This document shows positions 27,601 through 36,370 of a DNA stretch of 64,000 nucleotides, one piece after another. The notes beneath the pieces are model-generated. The model was given only the letters and a program-made list of their open reading frames with translations, had not been told where the DNA came from and ran no database searches. The stretch covers positions 124,001 to 188,000 of the IMG/VR virus record IMGVR_UViG_3300036770_004723; one strand, written 5' to 3'. The position numbers and the translations under genes are program-made. Positions within the stretch are counted from its first letter, which is position 1. Every line of letters starts with the position of its first letter.

Positions 27601-27737
27601 ACCCAGGTATGCACATTTACTTTGGTGGTGGTAAACGCGAAGTAGTTAACAAGATCAAAGAACTTCAGGCTAAAGGTTATGATATTGAAAACCTACAGTC
27701 TGTTATTGAAGCAATAGATGAACTGAGACTTAGATAG
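21669..27737 (+). CDS. Giant SNF2-like (SF2) ATPase/helicase, 2022 aa
   Basis: LFPHQ Q-motif, SPGGGKT, LLDESH, ATGT, EGLNLQ, PWSP...QSTARIFR. Confidence 0.88.
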   Translation: MGTTIEGQYSVSSDLTSISNATEDLKTTLLKSIAPIELNEAHRQAYEDVFFTIKGAKDSKFSQDNLRSAVIEALNVGSNLNTFFAFIRRVFDYAHLFDDLPRQELEMKIQSLANEMKTNNLGVTEAEGNLFLHAFRLLDSVDSDEIRNNPFKGKPVDQRPSVIPLIKKSTRYKGGYDIIYAGKSNRGGMKISMSPYPHIDQDPVGLGYERKKQTNYNTEIALKAVKAAKRIMEMITLRSDQGAFSVESSNKRRFCQFPLDYSFESWNDEISKIMGMRLEFFKNLDPVVRPYRNFFSAVVIIEPPESVVFALNSFNTSSRMVARGYSSRPVVRPVLTDIINEESAYTRQVGSSVAINLDLPFVKYICQDESTDKVYYCLSTWTKQWTSAFLRPKNTRGGVNLDPKKVARYIVPCSRLGSMEEARKKLGLHVSDTKTNEDGLVVMPKGLISYMPRPEDASNKNAVEFERSYEDYLQTIYELNLTPGQSVDEYTTTMFPDDPRLTDGSNLGSFLQDKKKNVDLYGGSLLAFNWDYGTALYAQTSSDGIAQIPLNGCSQMDPLMIADFLGYDFKQSGQVAQHKTFLAALNEFKFSFDSKDRLTSEATLSTLSKMATSLRLPEKFTDLESVPIYQRVFLTQRMLHLFEAYSFFAARNKVKNIEELFEETKKQMGVDLFTTEGTPLDFNLYNDLIGDNISASSLSVRHKEGQGAIVLCLLLLALKDAQGRPGSNLFNFVSREVGYQNAPTEVKSHEAYFDCTSPSIRMADFGNVYNYFGGRLFKNMCKAITQIPKKDLLYSDRVKDESFKNNQPTSFNYIANDVLPMAVIFSKYVPNYLDYFEKAEDIFDQYNPDETIDINDIIAPGIEANKNSTKPALFPHQVKANQFLRKAPKFAILDISPGGGKTTIGIIDILCLAEKHKTEKFVPIVLAPDRLCANWCEDTAKFTKGNWNTIPITRAVVNVWGYDLLYKIIKEAPRNTILIVGLNFLSRQNRFNVSYGAKDIDISGSVEFIKQFNPSYVLLDESHKAKRFDRAGGTSALHSAVKEVTTMTGVKYIRLATGTLVHGLLEDVVGQAALLSSYALKTPDNMDVTLATMEREKLAGAIRNKLGKYCSLITLKRKEWAFMLPNPIDAFYTVRLFDSSIGADKLGNRLHQEAYEHVMSEAKEIMLKGSVRDLEKDVDISDEDEPQFGDDDDDSDGDREGKSDSILGENGEVDTHIMAMLDKKYFQRAEQMIVNPWGDDYFKQIADQAGLKETDFTPAPIIKTTQSIINHFVTIDFDGNPDNEGRVYNWKPEVQFKEFDVVEYKGKSYMRRALPAVEGKEVSITRRLTPASNVSPDKDPENWKSESRGKVLVLCRYIGNTKAIYEALPIKYRSKARVFHGKLKKSVGEDNIEQFKYNDDVQILIANEQAIAEGLNLQMASRIIRVDTPWSPGEYEQSTARIFRPDPAAAKRDENGKVGDISREVIYIDWIMCEGTLQVGKIARLMWKTVENVRFNEEGNEHYDPMKPFVLDKITMGMDLLFNRCQMEDYMGDDPMNPEINNYFGAKATLATLERQEFMQMRNTTQAEMIDMVIPPMPKDFKKLQLLPTLPNQVIPDPDDFGLIKLPDFIKQNLDEIIEDPEEVLIGLPVKTGFGTGTIIGIQRGNRIKDLTTGEQVLNPEKPITSVRIKYHASNEALKDIPSVNMPIEMVYVATKVDGKRADKFFKPTEANAADRARLERAAQEAAKQAEEKNRKDQRRAEEQARKDREAADRKKRTDARVKIRDQNKIDNKPINDGIEVVPKIPRVIRGEVEIIKPDQRIPVRNQPEIKPKGIPLKLIPTFYNGFLCLHVTNNNPAAPKLKKLGFENFDDFIYMDFEDFYRFEGLIHWLYKQEKLQNLIIEEESLKRLEIISDAFEHEHINPELMFNYKQAKRANNKIEDFFRTLKRVNRNKKLVRMYTIVMHDRLRVVVDVKTNPVASLMKGKLISAVGEKWKLHPGMHIYFGGGKREVVNKIKELQAKGYDIENLQSVIEAIDELRLR

Positions 27738-27738
27738 A

Positions 27739-28266
27739 ATGGAAATACGAAAAGTTTGTTTGCAGCGTCAGCAAATGATCTTGAAATTTCTAGGATACTA
27801 TCAAGGAAAATGTGACGGCATCTGGTCAGCAATGACTATAGAGGCCAAACGTAATTTTGAAAATAGTGGTAAATTTCATCCGGCATATCCAAATAATGGT
27901 ATGCCGTTTGATCCTACTTCAAAATTTCCTAGTGGTATTATGTTAGATTTTTCAAAACCTAGAACCGGTTTATTGATCCATGTTGACATACCTGAAGAAT
28001 ACTACCAAAAGTTTGCTACTGAGTTAGTCGAATATGATGAAACAGTAGATCTTAATGAATCTAAGATCCCAACTTATGATCCGTTATTAAATCAAACTAT
28101 GCAATTAGGTGTTGAATCTACTGCACTTGCTATACCTCAGCCAGTTTTATTGAAAACCGAAGATAAAGAATTACCCGCTATATCTGAGGAAGTTGTTGAA
28201 AACAAGCAAGAGATTGAAGTAAGGCAAATACCTGTGAGCCAAAATCGACCTAAATTACCTCGTTAA
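27739..28266 (+). CDS. Protein with N-terminal peptidoglycan-binding-like domain
   Basis: QMILKFLGYY.GKCDGIW...TIEA..NF resembles the PG_binding_1 consensus. Confidence 0.65.
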   Translation: MEIRKVCLQRQQMILKFLGYYQGKCDGIWSAMTIEAKRNFENSGKFHPAYPNNGMPFDPTSKFPSGIMLDFSKPRTGLLIHVDIPEEYYQKFATELVEYDETVDLNESKIPTYDPLLNQTMQLGVESTALAIPQPVLLKTEDKELPAISEEVVENKQEIEVRQIPVSQNRPKLPR

Positions 28267-28268
28267 AC

Positions 28269-28297
28269 AAAAAGGCAGCCTTCGGGTTGCCTTTTTT
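28269..28297 (+). terminator. Rho-independent terminator (UUCG loop)
   Basis: GGCAGCC TTCG GGTTGCC TTTTTT. Confidence 0.92.
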
Positions 28298-28312
28298 CTT
28301 AGTATATTGAAT

Positions 28313-28322
28313 ACTGTAAATA
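28313..28322 (+). promoter_or_regulatory. ACTGTAAATA candidate promoter element
   Basis: Lies between the terminator and the polymerase SD (GAGGT). Confidence 0.62.
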
Positions 28323-28353
28323 TACTATAAGTTCAAACTGTGAGGTTTTATTA

Positions 28354-31300
28354 ATGACTATCACTAAAAAAGCCCGTATTAAAATAGATAAAAAGAAATT
28401 AAAAGCAAAGGTTAAACTACCTATTGTTTCTGTCAAACTTCCGTATAAACCAAAAAAGAATATTAAGCAAGCCTTAAAATCTAGACCTCAGGATACTGAA
28501 CTTTATAATGTTCAGGCAATGCGTCAGAAAAATCCAGATGCAAAAAAACGTATAATGTTTTTACTTGATCATGTACCTAAAGAAGATCTACAATCTAAAA
28601 GATTGTTAGGTGGTGTGACAGGTGAAAAGCTATTCATGTTATTTGATTTGGCCTCCACCTTTTATGGATCTAAATTTAATGAAAGCGACTACGATTGGCT
28701 GGCTGTAAATTTTAATCAGTTTCGAACTTACGGTAAACAGTATTCAGATATGCTGGAAGAAAACAATGCAGACTTTGCTAGACACGCAAAAGAGATCATT
28801 GTCACATATCAGCCTGATATAGTTGTTACATTTGGGCAGGATCCATTTATAGCCTTATGCAATCAAGCCTATCTAAAATCCAAACAAAACTTTGCTAACC
28901 ACTTAGGTACAACAATAAAAAGCAAAGTAAAAGCAGAAGAACGCGAAAATAATAAAGTCGTAACCCATGAATTCACTGTAGTACCTACTTTATCTTTGAA
29001 CACTTTATTTAGTGAAACAAATAAAGAAAGCTGTTACTTGTCTGGATATGTAGCCCGCAACTTAGTTACCGCGTTTGACGGCGGGAAAATGCGCTATGCT
29101 ATAGATCCTGTACATAAAGTGGTTGACGGTAAATTTATCCCTAAATATAAAACCAACTATTTAACTAATGTAGCCGATATTAAAAAAGCACTTAAAAAAT
29201 TATCTGCTTGTGAATACGTCAGTGTGGATACTGAAACAGAAGACCTAAGCAAGGTAATGAACAAAGTCCAGACTGTACAGTTATGTGGTGATGTAAAAGA
29301 TACTTACGTAATTCCAATTTATCACATGGATACGCCATTTAGTGTAAGTGAATTAAGAGACATTGTTGACTTACTTAGAGATTTCTTTGAAAGAAAAAAC
29401 AAAAACAAATTACATATCACAACAAACGGTAAGTTTGATCTTAATGTAATGAAGGCAAATTTCGGAATCAGACATTTTAAAGCTGATATGTGGGATATTG
29501 CAGCAGGTGAATTCTGTTTCGATGAAAATATGAAGGTACTTGCTACTACAATTGGTAAAGGTTACTTTAACCTAGGTAACTTAGCTATGCAATACGGTTG
29601 CAGTGCTTTCATTGATAACGATTTTGGTAAAGAAAATCGCGCACACATAGCGCAAACTCACCTGACAAAAAGCGTATTACAATATTGTAGTCTAGACGTT
29701 ATTGTGCCATTTAAAATATTCTTCAAGCAGCTGGAAAGAGCTAAAGATATAGGCTATGATAAATATTACCGCACGGTATCTACTGTTGTAGGTGATCAAA
29801 TTCACGCATTTAATATTTTAGAGTCAACAGGTGCCCTGTGTGATATTGATTATTTATTTTACCTTAAGTCAAAATCTAGTCCTGTAAATGAGATTATAAA
29901 AGATCGTGAACAGAACATATTAAATAGTGATGAAGTACGTAAAGCAAGTGCTGCAATAGCAAAAGCAAAAGGTGCCCCGCGTAAAGGACTTTATGGAACT
30001 ATTGAATTCAATAGTTTTGACTTAAGTAAAGAAGAACATAAACAAACATTGTTCTTTGATATATGCAAGCTTGAGCCTGTTAGTTTTTCCAAGAAGAAAT
30101 TACGAAATGCTAAACCTATGCCGCAGATTGATAAGAAATTTCAAGAACGGCATAAAGACGTTAAGATAGTCGCAGACTTTACTGCACTGCAAAAGGCACA
30201 GAAATTACGAAATGCTTACGTAAACAGTTTCATTAAATTGTTTGCTGTAGACAAAGACTTTAAAGCAACAAAAAGATTACGTCCTACCTACAGTTATCAA
30301 GCCGTTGTTACTGGACGTACATCTGCATCAAATCCAAATCTTCAGCAATTGCCTAGCCGTGATGAATTAGGCTATCATATCAAGCGTTTAATGATCAGTA
30401 GTCCAAACACGTTACTGATCAAAGTTGACTATTCAGCACATGAAGTACGTTGTTGGTCAATTATTAGCGGTGACAGTGTAGTCGCCGATGTATTTAAAGT
30501 AGGTGCTGAACTACGAGATCGCTATAAATTTGTTCCAGATCCTTGGATTGCTCATAGAATTGAATTAGAAGGCGACGTACATAAAATTAATGCCGCTTAC
30601 TTCTTTGGTCTTCCGATCCATGAAGTAACAAAGCCAATTCGAAACGCAGTTAAAACAGTTATATTCGGTTTGATTTATCAGCAAGGTGATGAAGGCTTAT
30701 CGGCTTCAACAAAACAAACAGTTGAAAAAATACGTGAATTAAAAGCACAATTCCTTAAACGTTTCCCTGTTGGGTATAACTGGTTTGATGAATGCAAAGA
30801 ATTTGCCAAGGAAAATCTATATGTAGAAAGCCCTGTAGGGCGTCGTCGTACATTATGGCCTTTAATGTTCAACAAAATTGTAGAACGTGAGAGAAATTCT
30901 CGTGATAAAGATCGACACTTACAATCAATTGTAAGCCGTTGTCTGAGACAATCAGTTAATAGTCCTGTTCAAGGATTCGGTTCTGACCTTATGATGACTG
31001 CCATTAGGTTGATTGATAAGTATAAGTATGAGTATTATCTGGAGACAGGTAAATATCCACTTATGAATTTAAACGTTTCAGTTCATGACAGCTTAACTGT
31101 TGAAGTTGGATATGAATGGTTCTGGTTAGCAGTTAAGTTCATTGAAAAAGCTATGACTATTGGGGCAAAAACAGTTGTAGAAGATAGATTTGGTTATGAA
31201 TTTACTTCAACACCTGAAATGGATTTTGACATAGGTGCAAATGAACGTGATGTTAAAGCATGGAACTTTAGCTACGCTAGTATGGAAAACCTAGTACGTA

Positions 31301-31641
31301 AAGGTTTAGAGTTCCAAAGAGAAGAATTGCATCACAAAGTTAATGTGGATAAAGTTACTGATCGTATTATGAATGATTATTATGATCAAATGCCTGAATG
31401 GCTGCAAAAGCAGTTGTGGGCAAATAACATAAAAATCCGCAGTATGCCAAAGTCTAACCCACTTACTAAAACTGAAACCAAGTTAGCCGCTAAATATCGT
31501 GCTGAACTGAAGGAAAACAAAAAATTACTGGACGAAGCTATTGCAGAGTTAGAGGCTCTTAAGAAAAAAAGTAAATCTACTGAAAGTGATCGTAAAACCA
31601 CTATTAATAGAGCTAAAAACAAGATCAAGCAAGTAGCTTAA
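28354..31641 (+). CDS. polA: Family A DNA polymerase with N-terminal uracil-DNA-glycosylase-like domain and 3'-5' exonuclease
   Basis: DTETE and NGKFD (exo); TGRTSASNPNLQQLP; DYSAHEVR (motif A); RNAVKTVIFGLIY (motif B); VHDS (motif C); EIIVTYQPDIVVTFG is UDG family-4-like. Confidence 0.93.
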   Translation: MTITKKARIKIDKKKLKAKVKLPIVSVKLPYKPKKNIKQALKSRPQDTELYNVQAMRQKNPDAKKRIMFLLDHVPKEDLQSKRLLGGVTGEKLFMLFDLASTFYGSKFNESDYDWLAVNFNQFRTYGKQYSDMLEENNADFARHAKEIIVTYQPDIVVTFGQDPFIALCNQAYLKSKQNFANHLGTTIKSKVKAEERENNKVVTHEFTVVPTLSLNTLFSETNKESCYLSGYVARNLVTAFDGGKMRYAIDPVHKVVDGKFIPKYKTNYLTNVADIKKALKKLSACEYVSVDTETEDLSKVMNKVQTVQLCGDVKDTYVIPIYHMDTPFSVSELRDIVDLLRDFFERKNKNKLHITTNGKFDLNVMKANFGIRHFKADMWDIAAGEFCFDENMKVLATTIGKGYFNLGNLAMQYGCSAFIDNDFGKENRAHIAQTHLTKSVLQYCSLDVIVPFKIFFKQLERAKDIGYDKYYRTVSTVVGDQIHAFNILESTGALCDIDYLFYLKSKSSPVNEIIKDREQNILNSDEVRKASAAIAKAKGAPRKGLYGTIEFNSFDLSKEEHKQTLFFDICKLEPVSFSKKKLRNAKPMPQIDKKFQERHKDVKIVADFTALQKAQKLRNAYVNSFIKLFAVDKDFKATKRLRPTYSYQAVVTGRTSASNPNLQQLPSRDELGYHIKRLMISSPNTLLIKVDYSAHEVRCWSIISGDSVVADVFKVGAELRDRYKFVPDPWIAHRIELEGDVHKINAAYFFGLPIHEVTKPIRNAVKTVIFGLIYQQGDEGLSASTKQTVEKIRELKAQFLKRFPVGYNWFDECKEFAKENLYVESPVGRRRTLWPLMFNKIVERERNSRDKDRHLQSIVSRCLRQSVNSPVQGFGSDLMMTAIRLIDKYKYEYYLETGKYPLMNLNVSVHDSLTVEVGYEWFWLAVKFIEKAMTIGAKTVVEDRFGYEFTSTPEMDFDIGANERDVKAWNFSYASMENLVRKGLEFQREELHHKVNVDKVTDRIMNDYYDQMPEWLQKQLWANNIKIRSMPKSNPLTKTETKLAAKYRAELKENKKLLDEAIAELEALKKKSKSTESDRKTTINRAKNKIKQVA

Positions 31642-31649
31642 GGATAAAC

Positions 31650-32033
31650 ATGATTGATATTGAACTAAGTGCCATACTCGGACAAGAAATAGATCTTGAT
31701 TCCGAGCAGATTAAAAAATTAAATGACTATCTAGATAAAAATATAGCTTTACGTTGTGTCAACCTACTAAACTCATTTATTGATCTGGATCCTAGAACTG
31801 TAAATACTTTAGTACAACAATATACTGTATGTAGTCCAATGCTTGCTGATTCCACTGCATACATTGTTAAACTTTCAGATGTATATGCAATAAATATACT
31901 GGGTATACTTCAAGGTATTTCTGGACAAAGATACTGGATTAAACCTGTACCTAATGAGCTGGTTGGCATTAATAGTGTTTCGACCATTAATAGATTTGAA
32001 ATACATACTGTATACGAAAAGGAAAAGGAATAA
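31650..32033 (+). CDS. Hypothetical protein
   Basis: AAGGA SD; 127 aa. Confidence 0.7.
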   Translation: MIDIELSAILGQEIDLDSEQIKKLNDYLDKNIALRCVNLLNSFIDLDPRTVNTLVQQYTVCSPMLADSTAYIVKLSDVYAINILGILQGISGQRYWIKPVPNELVGINSVSTINRFEIHTVYEKEKE

Positions 32034-32034
32034 T

Positions 32035-33150
32035 ATGAACACAGTTGTTTTTGATGCTAAAATATTATCAGATGCTTTAGACAAGCTGCTGGCAGTTGTT
32101 CCTGTGAAAGAGTTATCCACTTACGGTTTAAGTTTTGGAAAAAAACGCTGCAAGCTAATCGGTCATGACCAAGATAGAACTATTATCCAGACACTGGCCT
32201 CTGTTAGGCAGTCAGGCGAAGGTGATTTCTTTTTCACCGATCCTCAAACTTTAAAGCAATCTATTAAATCTAAAGATGAAGTCGAATTGACTTTTGATAG
32301 CAATTTAGTATTTAAGTCAGGAAGATTTAAAGCTGACATGAAATTGTTTGAGCCTAGTCCTGCGACACTGGCCGATATAAAATATGCAAGTAATGTTGAT
32401 GATGTAGAAAAATCTATTGAGGTAGACCATGAGTTTTTTAAATCTTTAGGTGATGGAGTTAAAATTTCACGCCTTAAAGATCCTTATAATGATGCTTATA
32501 TTCCATCAGCTACAATAGTTTACGATGGATCTAGGTTAACGGTTATGGGGACCACCAATTACCATCTACATGTTTTCACTAGAAAATTAAAAAGCAAAAA
32601 AACTCCTGATATAATGATTACAATTCCGACCGGCGTATTTGCTGTACTTGATAAGCTTATAAAAGACGACGCCAAGTTCTTTATTACTGATGATAGGTTC
32701 TGTATAAAAGGAAACGGTTTGGTAATTAATTTACCTCCAATAGAAACCGAAACACCCTTAGAACTTATTGAGCAATTCGTAGAATCCTTAGGTAAGCCTT
32801 TAGCTAAATTTGATATAGGTAGTGAATTTGCAAAAGCTTATGAAGGTATATCTGCCTTTTTTCGTAAAGGCGTATCTACACTTTCAATGAAAGCAAAAGA
32901 TAAAAAACTTTTTTTAAAATACCAGAACGATAATGGATCCGTTGAAGATGTTATAAAAATAAATAGTAATGCTGAATTTAGTGTTAATATAGATCCAGCT
33001 GTGTTTGCTGATACATATAAAAACATAAAACAGCAGAAAACTATTGAATTCTCTGTATACGGCAATAAGCAAAAAACACCAAATTGTTATCATTTTAAAA
33101 CAGATTCAGGTGCAGGTACTTTAAACGCTTACGGGTATTTTAAAGAATGA
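32035..33150 (+). CDS. Putative sliding clamp (DNA polymerase III beta-like)
   Basis: 371 aa; DnaN-like pattern of three similar domains (LIGHDQD, VMGTTNYHL, NIDPAVFAD); near polA; ATG at 32035 after AAGGA. Confidence 0.7.
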   Translation: MNTVVFDAKILSDALDKLLAVVPVKELSTYGLSFGKKRCKLIGHDQDRTIIQTLASVRQSGEGDFFFTDPQTLKQSIKSKDEVELTFDSNLVFKSGRFKADMKLFEPSPATLADIKYASNVDDVEKSIEVDHEFFKSLGDGVKISRLKDPYNDAYIPSATIVYDGSRLTVMGTTNYHLHVFTRKLKSKKTPDIMITIPTGVFAVLDKLIKDDAKFFITDDRFCIKGNGLVINLPPIETETPLELIEQFVESLGKPLAKFDIGSEFAKAYEGISAFFRKGVSTLSMKAKDKKLFLKYQNDNGSVEDVIKINSNAEFSVNIDPAVFADTYKNIKQQKTIEFSVYGNKQKTPNCYHFKTDSGAGTLNAYGYFKE

Positions 33151-33563
33151 TAAAAGATCCAGATAAACCTTTTAGTATTAAAAATATCCCTATAAATAAA
33201 TTTTACGTGTTAGGTACATCAAAGAATAGGACACAAATCTTATTTATATCTAGCTCTACAAAAAATGATGTCACTATCGACACTGAAAGCGTATTGCAGT
33301 ACGGATCTTCTTGTAAATGCTATCCTGTTTTAAGCATGTCCGGAATCATAGTAGGTTCACTGTTGATAGTTGTTGGTAAATTCCATCTCAAAGAAACACA
33401 TTTAAGTATAAATAAATGCACAGAAGATTGCTTTTCTGTTATACAGGCTGAGGGTGTAGGTGGCCTATTATCATTTATTGATGTAAATGATAACCTACTT
33501 ATACTTCCATATAGCCCAAATACAAACAAGTTAACGGTGACAGATCGTGGACAAAATGACTAA
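33147..33563 (+). CDS. Hypothetical protein
   Basis: ATGA overlap. Confidence 0.65.
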   Translation: MIKDPDKPFSIKNIPINKFYVLGTSKNRTQILFISSSTKNDVTIDTESVLQYGSSCKCYPVLSMSGIIVGSLLIVVGKFHLKETHLSINKCTEDCFSVIQAEGVGGLLSFIDVNDNLLILPYSPNTNKLTVTDRGQND

Positions 33564-34083
33564 AGAGCGCGTACAGCGACTCATAAAAAAGAATGAAAAA
33601 TTATTACGCTTTAAAAAAGCTTTCTCTACTTTACCTCAATATAGAATTGATTTTGAAGATCTTCATAGTGAAATGAAAAATCTTCATAGAATGAGAAAAC
33701 TTCAACTGTTGAGATCTGACGATCCAAACTTTATTAAAAATCTTTCTGGTGCTGCTATTCACGATCATAGTTTTCGATCTAGACTTACAGAAATCTTGGT
33801 TATAGGTTATGAAGCAAGCGCCAATCTAAACAAAACACTTAATAGCTTAACCGATTATTTACTTTCGGAGTACGCAAACGATTTATCTAAGTTAAGAACT
33901 AAAGAAGAACGTAAACAGTTCATTGGAAGTATATTAGATAATTTTTATGATTATCTGCGTGATGCCGAGTTACTTATTACGATAGCAAAAGCCTATATTG
34001 ATAACATTGATAAAGGCGGCTACACTATAAAAGAACTTGTGCAGGCACACCAAGTTATTAGAAAATTTGAAGGTATGACATGA
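33556..34083 (+). CDS. Helical hypothetical protein (position is UvsY-like)
   Basis: All-helical ORF immediately upstream of the SF2 helicase. Confidence 0.65.
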   Translation: MTKERVQRLIKKNEKLLRFKKAFSTLPQYRIDFEDLHSEMKNLHRMRKLQLLRSDDPNFIKNLSGAAIHDHSFRSRLTEILVIGYEASANLNKTLNSLTDYLLSEYANDLSKLRTKEERKQFIGSILDNFYDYLRDAELLITIAKAYIDNIDKGGYTIKELVQAHQVIRKFEGMT

Positions 34084-35720
34084 ACAAAATAGTTTTACGT
34101 GATAGCATCTATATACCAATAAAAGATGTAAGTGATGAAGATGTAGCGAAACATTACGTGAAACATTTTTATGATGAACGTGTTTGTCGTGCGTGTCCTG
34201 AAAAAAAGAATCGTTTCAGTGACGCTTGCGCTAATTGTGAGTTAGGCGGTCATTTAGGTACGGCCAATCTTGTTAAAAAGAAAACTATTAATGGCGTACA
34301 TTGTTATGGCATACCTATAGGTGATCGCTTAAATGTTGAGCGTAAGTTAGGTATTGACTTTGATGATTATAAGATTGTCGATAAAAGAACAAGATGTCCA
34401 ATTGATAAAAGAATTAAATTCTTAGCGCCTTTACGTGACTATCAGATAAAAATCCAAAAAGATTGGTTGACTGCAAAACATGGTATTATTAAGGCACCTC
34501 CTCGTTCAGGTAAAACCATAACCTCGTTGTCTTTATGTATTGCCCTGGGCCAACGCTTTGCGATCATTGCAGATCAAAAAGATTTCTTAGATAACTTCAA
34601 AGAAGAACTTGAACAGCATTCAAATATTTTAAGTGTTCAAGCAAAATCAGGAAAACCTATTTACGGGTTTCTTAAAACAAAAGAAGATTTCTATAACTAC
34701 CAAATTGGTTTTGTCACTTATCAGTCTTTCATCAGTGACAAAAACGGTAAAAAGAAACTTAAGTGGTTAAATGAGAACTTCGGAACCATTTGGACCGACG
34801 AAATACATCGTGGGAACGCAGATGCTTATGCAAAGTTCATTAGTAACGTAGCTTCACGTTATAAAGGCGGTTGTACTGCCACTCCAGAACGTAAAGATAA
34901 AAAACATGTGATTCTGGAAGATTTAGTTGGTCCTGTTGTTGCAGAAGCAACTGTCGAAGCAATGAACCCTTTGATTTCTCTGCATTTAACCGGTGTACAC
35001 CCAAAAAACAAAAGTACTTATACTCGGGGTCCTGCTGCATGGACAAACGCTAACAAATTTCTGGCAGTTCATCCAGAACGAAACAAATATATATTACGTG
35101 GTATACTTAACGATCTAGAAAAAGGCCGATCTATTGTAATGGCCGTTATGTTTACAGATCAGGTTAAAAACATGGTCAACATGATAAACAGCGCTGTAGG
35201 TAAAAATATTGCTGTAGGTTTCGTTGGTGGTGGAGGCGAAAAGAATAAAAAAGCCCGTAAACAGATAATTGATGACGCTCGTGTAGGCAAGATTCGAGTT
35301 GTAGTCGGTATTCGCAAGTTAATGCAGTTAGGTCTTAACGTTCCACGTTGGGACACTCTGTATTTGATTTCACCTATTAGTAATGAACCTAACTGGCAGC
35401 AAGAAAGCCGACGTATATGTACTCCGATGGAAGGTAAAAAGCGTCCTGTGATCAGAATATTTGTTGAAACAGAAATGCCTATACCTTTTGGTTGCTTTAA
35501 GAATACTCTAAAGCACAGTAAAGGTTTTGGTTATCAACTATCTAAACGTGCCAAAAAGATCTTAAGTGAGTTGAATTTAAACAATGCACGAAAAGATCGT
35601 GATCATAACGATGAAGGATTATACGATAGTGAACGTTATGAACAACAAGACAACAAAAAACAAAAACAAAAACAAAATATGGTAGGTGGCTTTATTTCTC
35701 GATTTGGAAGCCTTAAATGA
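34080..35720 (+). CDS. SF2 DNA helicase (UvsW/ResIII-like)
   Basis: LRDYQ, APPRSGKT, DEIH, TATPER, GLNVPRWD, QQESRRI. Confidence 0.9.
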   Translation: MNKIVLRDSIYIPIKDVSDEDVAKHYVKHFYDERVCRACPEKKNRFSDACANCELGGHLGTANLVKKKTINGVHCYGIPIGDRLNVERKLGIDFDDYKIVDKRTRCPIDKRIKFLAPLRDYQIKIQKDWLTAKHGIIKAPPRSGKTITSLSLCIALGQRFAIIADQKDFLDNFKEELEQHSNILSVQAKSGKPIYGFLKTKEDFYNYQIGFVTYQSFISDKNGKKKLKWLNENFGTIWTDEIHRGNADAYAKFISNVASRYKGGCTATPERKDKKHVILEDLVGPVVAEATVEAMNPLISLHLTGVHPKNKSTYTRGPAAWTNANKFLAVHPERNKYILRGILNDLEKGRSIVMAVMFTDQVKNMVNMINSAVGKNIAVGFVGGGGEKNKKARKQIIDDARVGKIRVVVGIRKLMQLGLNVPRWDTLYLISPISNEPNWQQESRRICTPMEGKKRPVIRIFVETEMPIPFGCFKNTLKHSKGFGYQLSKRAKKILSELNLNNARKDRDHNDEGLYDSERYEQQDNKKQKQKQNMVGGFISRFGSLK

Positions 35721-36370
35721 AAAACAAAATTCTAAGCACAAACATATCGTGTATATTTGATAAAGAACGTGAAAATCTTTTACTTGCTTGCGGTCTAGAC
35801 CGTTTAGTATTAGCAAATAAAAGACATAACTACAATCTTGAAGAAAACGTAGCTAGTTTTAAACCTTCTGTTTCTGGCGTTAAAACAAGGAACATAGGTG
35901 AACCTAAACAATTAGATTACTATAATCGCATAATGTTAAACCCTTTAAAAGGAAACGGCACTTATGTACTTAATAGTTTTCCAACGGATTTAAGAGCTAA
36001 ACAATTAGCTGCTGTTATAATGAATAAATCCATAACCGACCATAATGATATAAGTAATAAATTCCGTAAAGGAAGAAATTTACCTATGTGGATAAAGCTA
36101 GTAGGTTACGGTGGGCCTGATCTTATAAAGCAAATTCGTGAGGTTAATCCTTGCGCTTTATTCATAAGCAATATTAACGATGAAAGCACACCACATAAAA
36201 TTGAAAAACTTAGAGATATTCTTGAGGTATTTGATAACATACCAAAATACATTATTACTGCCGGACAAGATCCTTTAACGTTTTTTGCTCGTAAATTATT
36301 CTATCCTGTTAGTGGCGCTATTAGAGTAGGATCCGCTAACAAGGTATCAAACATTTTGGAGATGATGTAA
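35717..36370 (+). CDS. Hypothetical protein, possibly a degenerate P-loop/helicase-loader-like fold
   Basis: ATGA overlap; alpha/beta pattern without an intact Walker A. Confidence 0.6.
   Translation: MKNKILSTNISCIFDKERENLLLACGLDRLVLANKRHNYNLEENVASFKPSVSGVKTRNIGEPKQLDYYNRIMLNPLKGNGTYVLNSFPTDLRAKQLAAVIMNKSITDHNDISNKFRKGRNLPMWIKLVGYGGPDLIKQIREVNPCALFISNINDESTPHKIEKLRDILEVFDNIPKYIITAGQDPLTFFARKLFYPVSGAIRVGSANKVSNILEMM

Noticed and set aside
28354-31641. Intein or intron in the polymerase or helicases
   Set aside because: Motifs are contiguous; no intein splice-junction motifs or ORF interruptions seen
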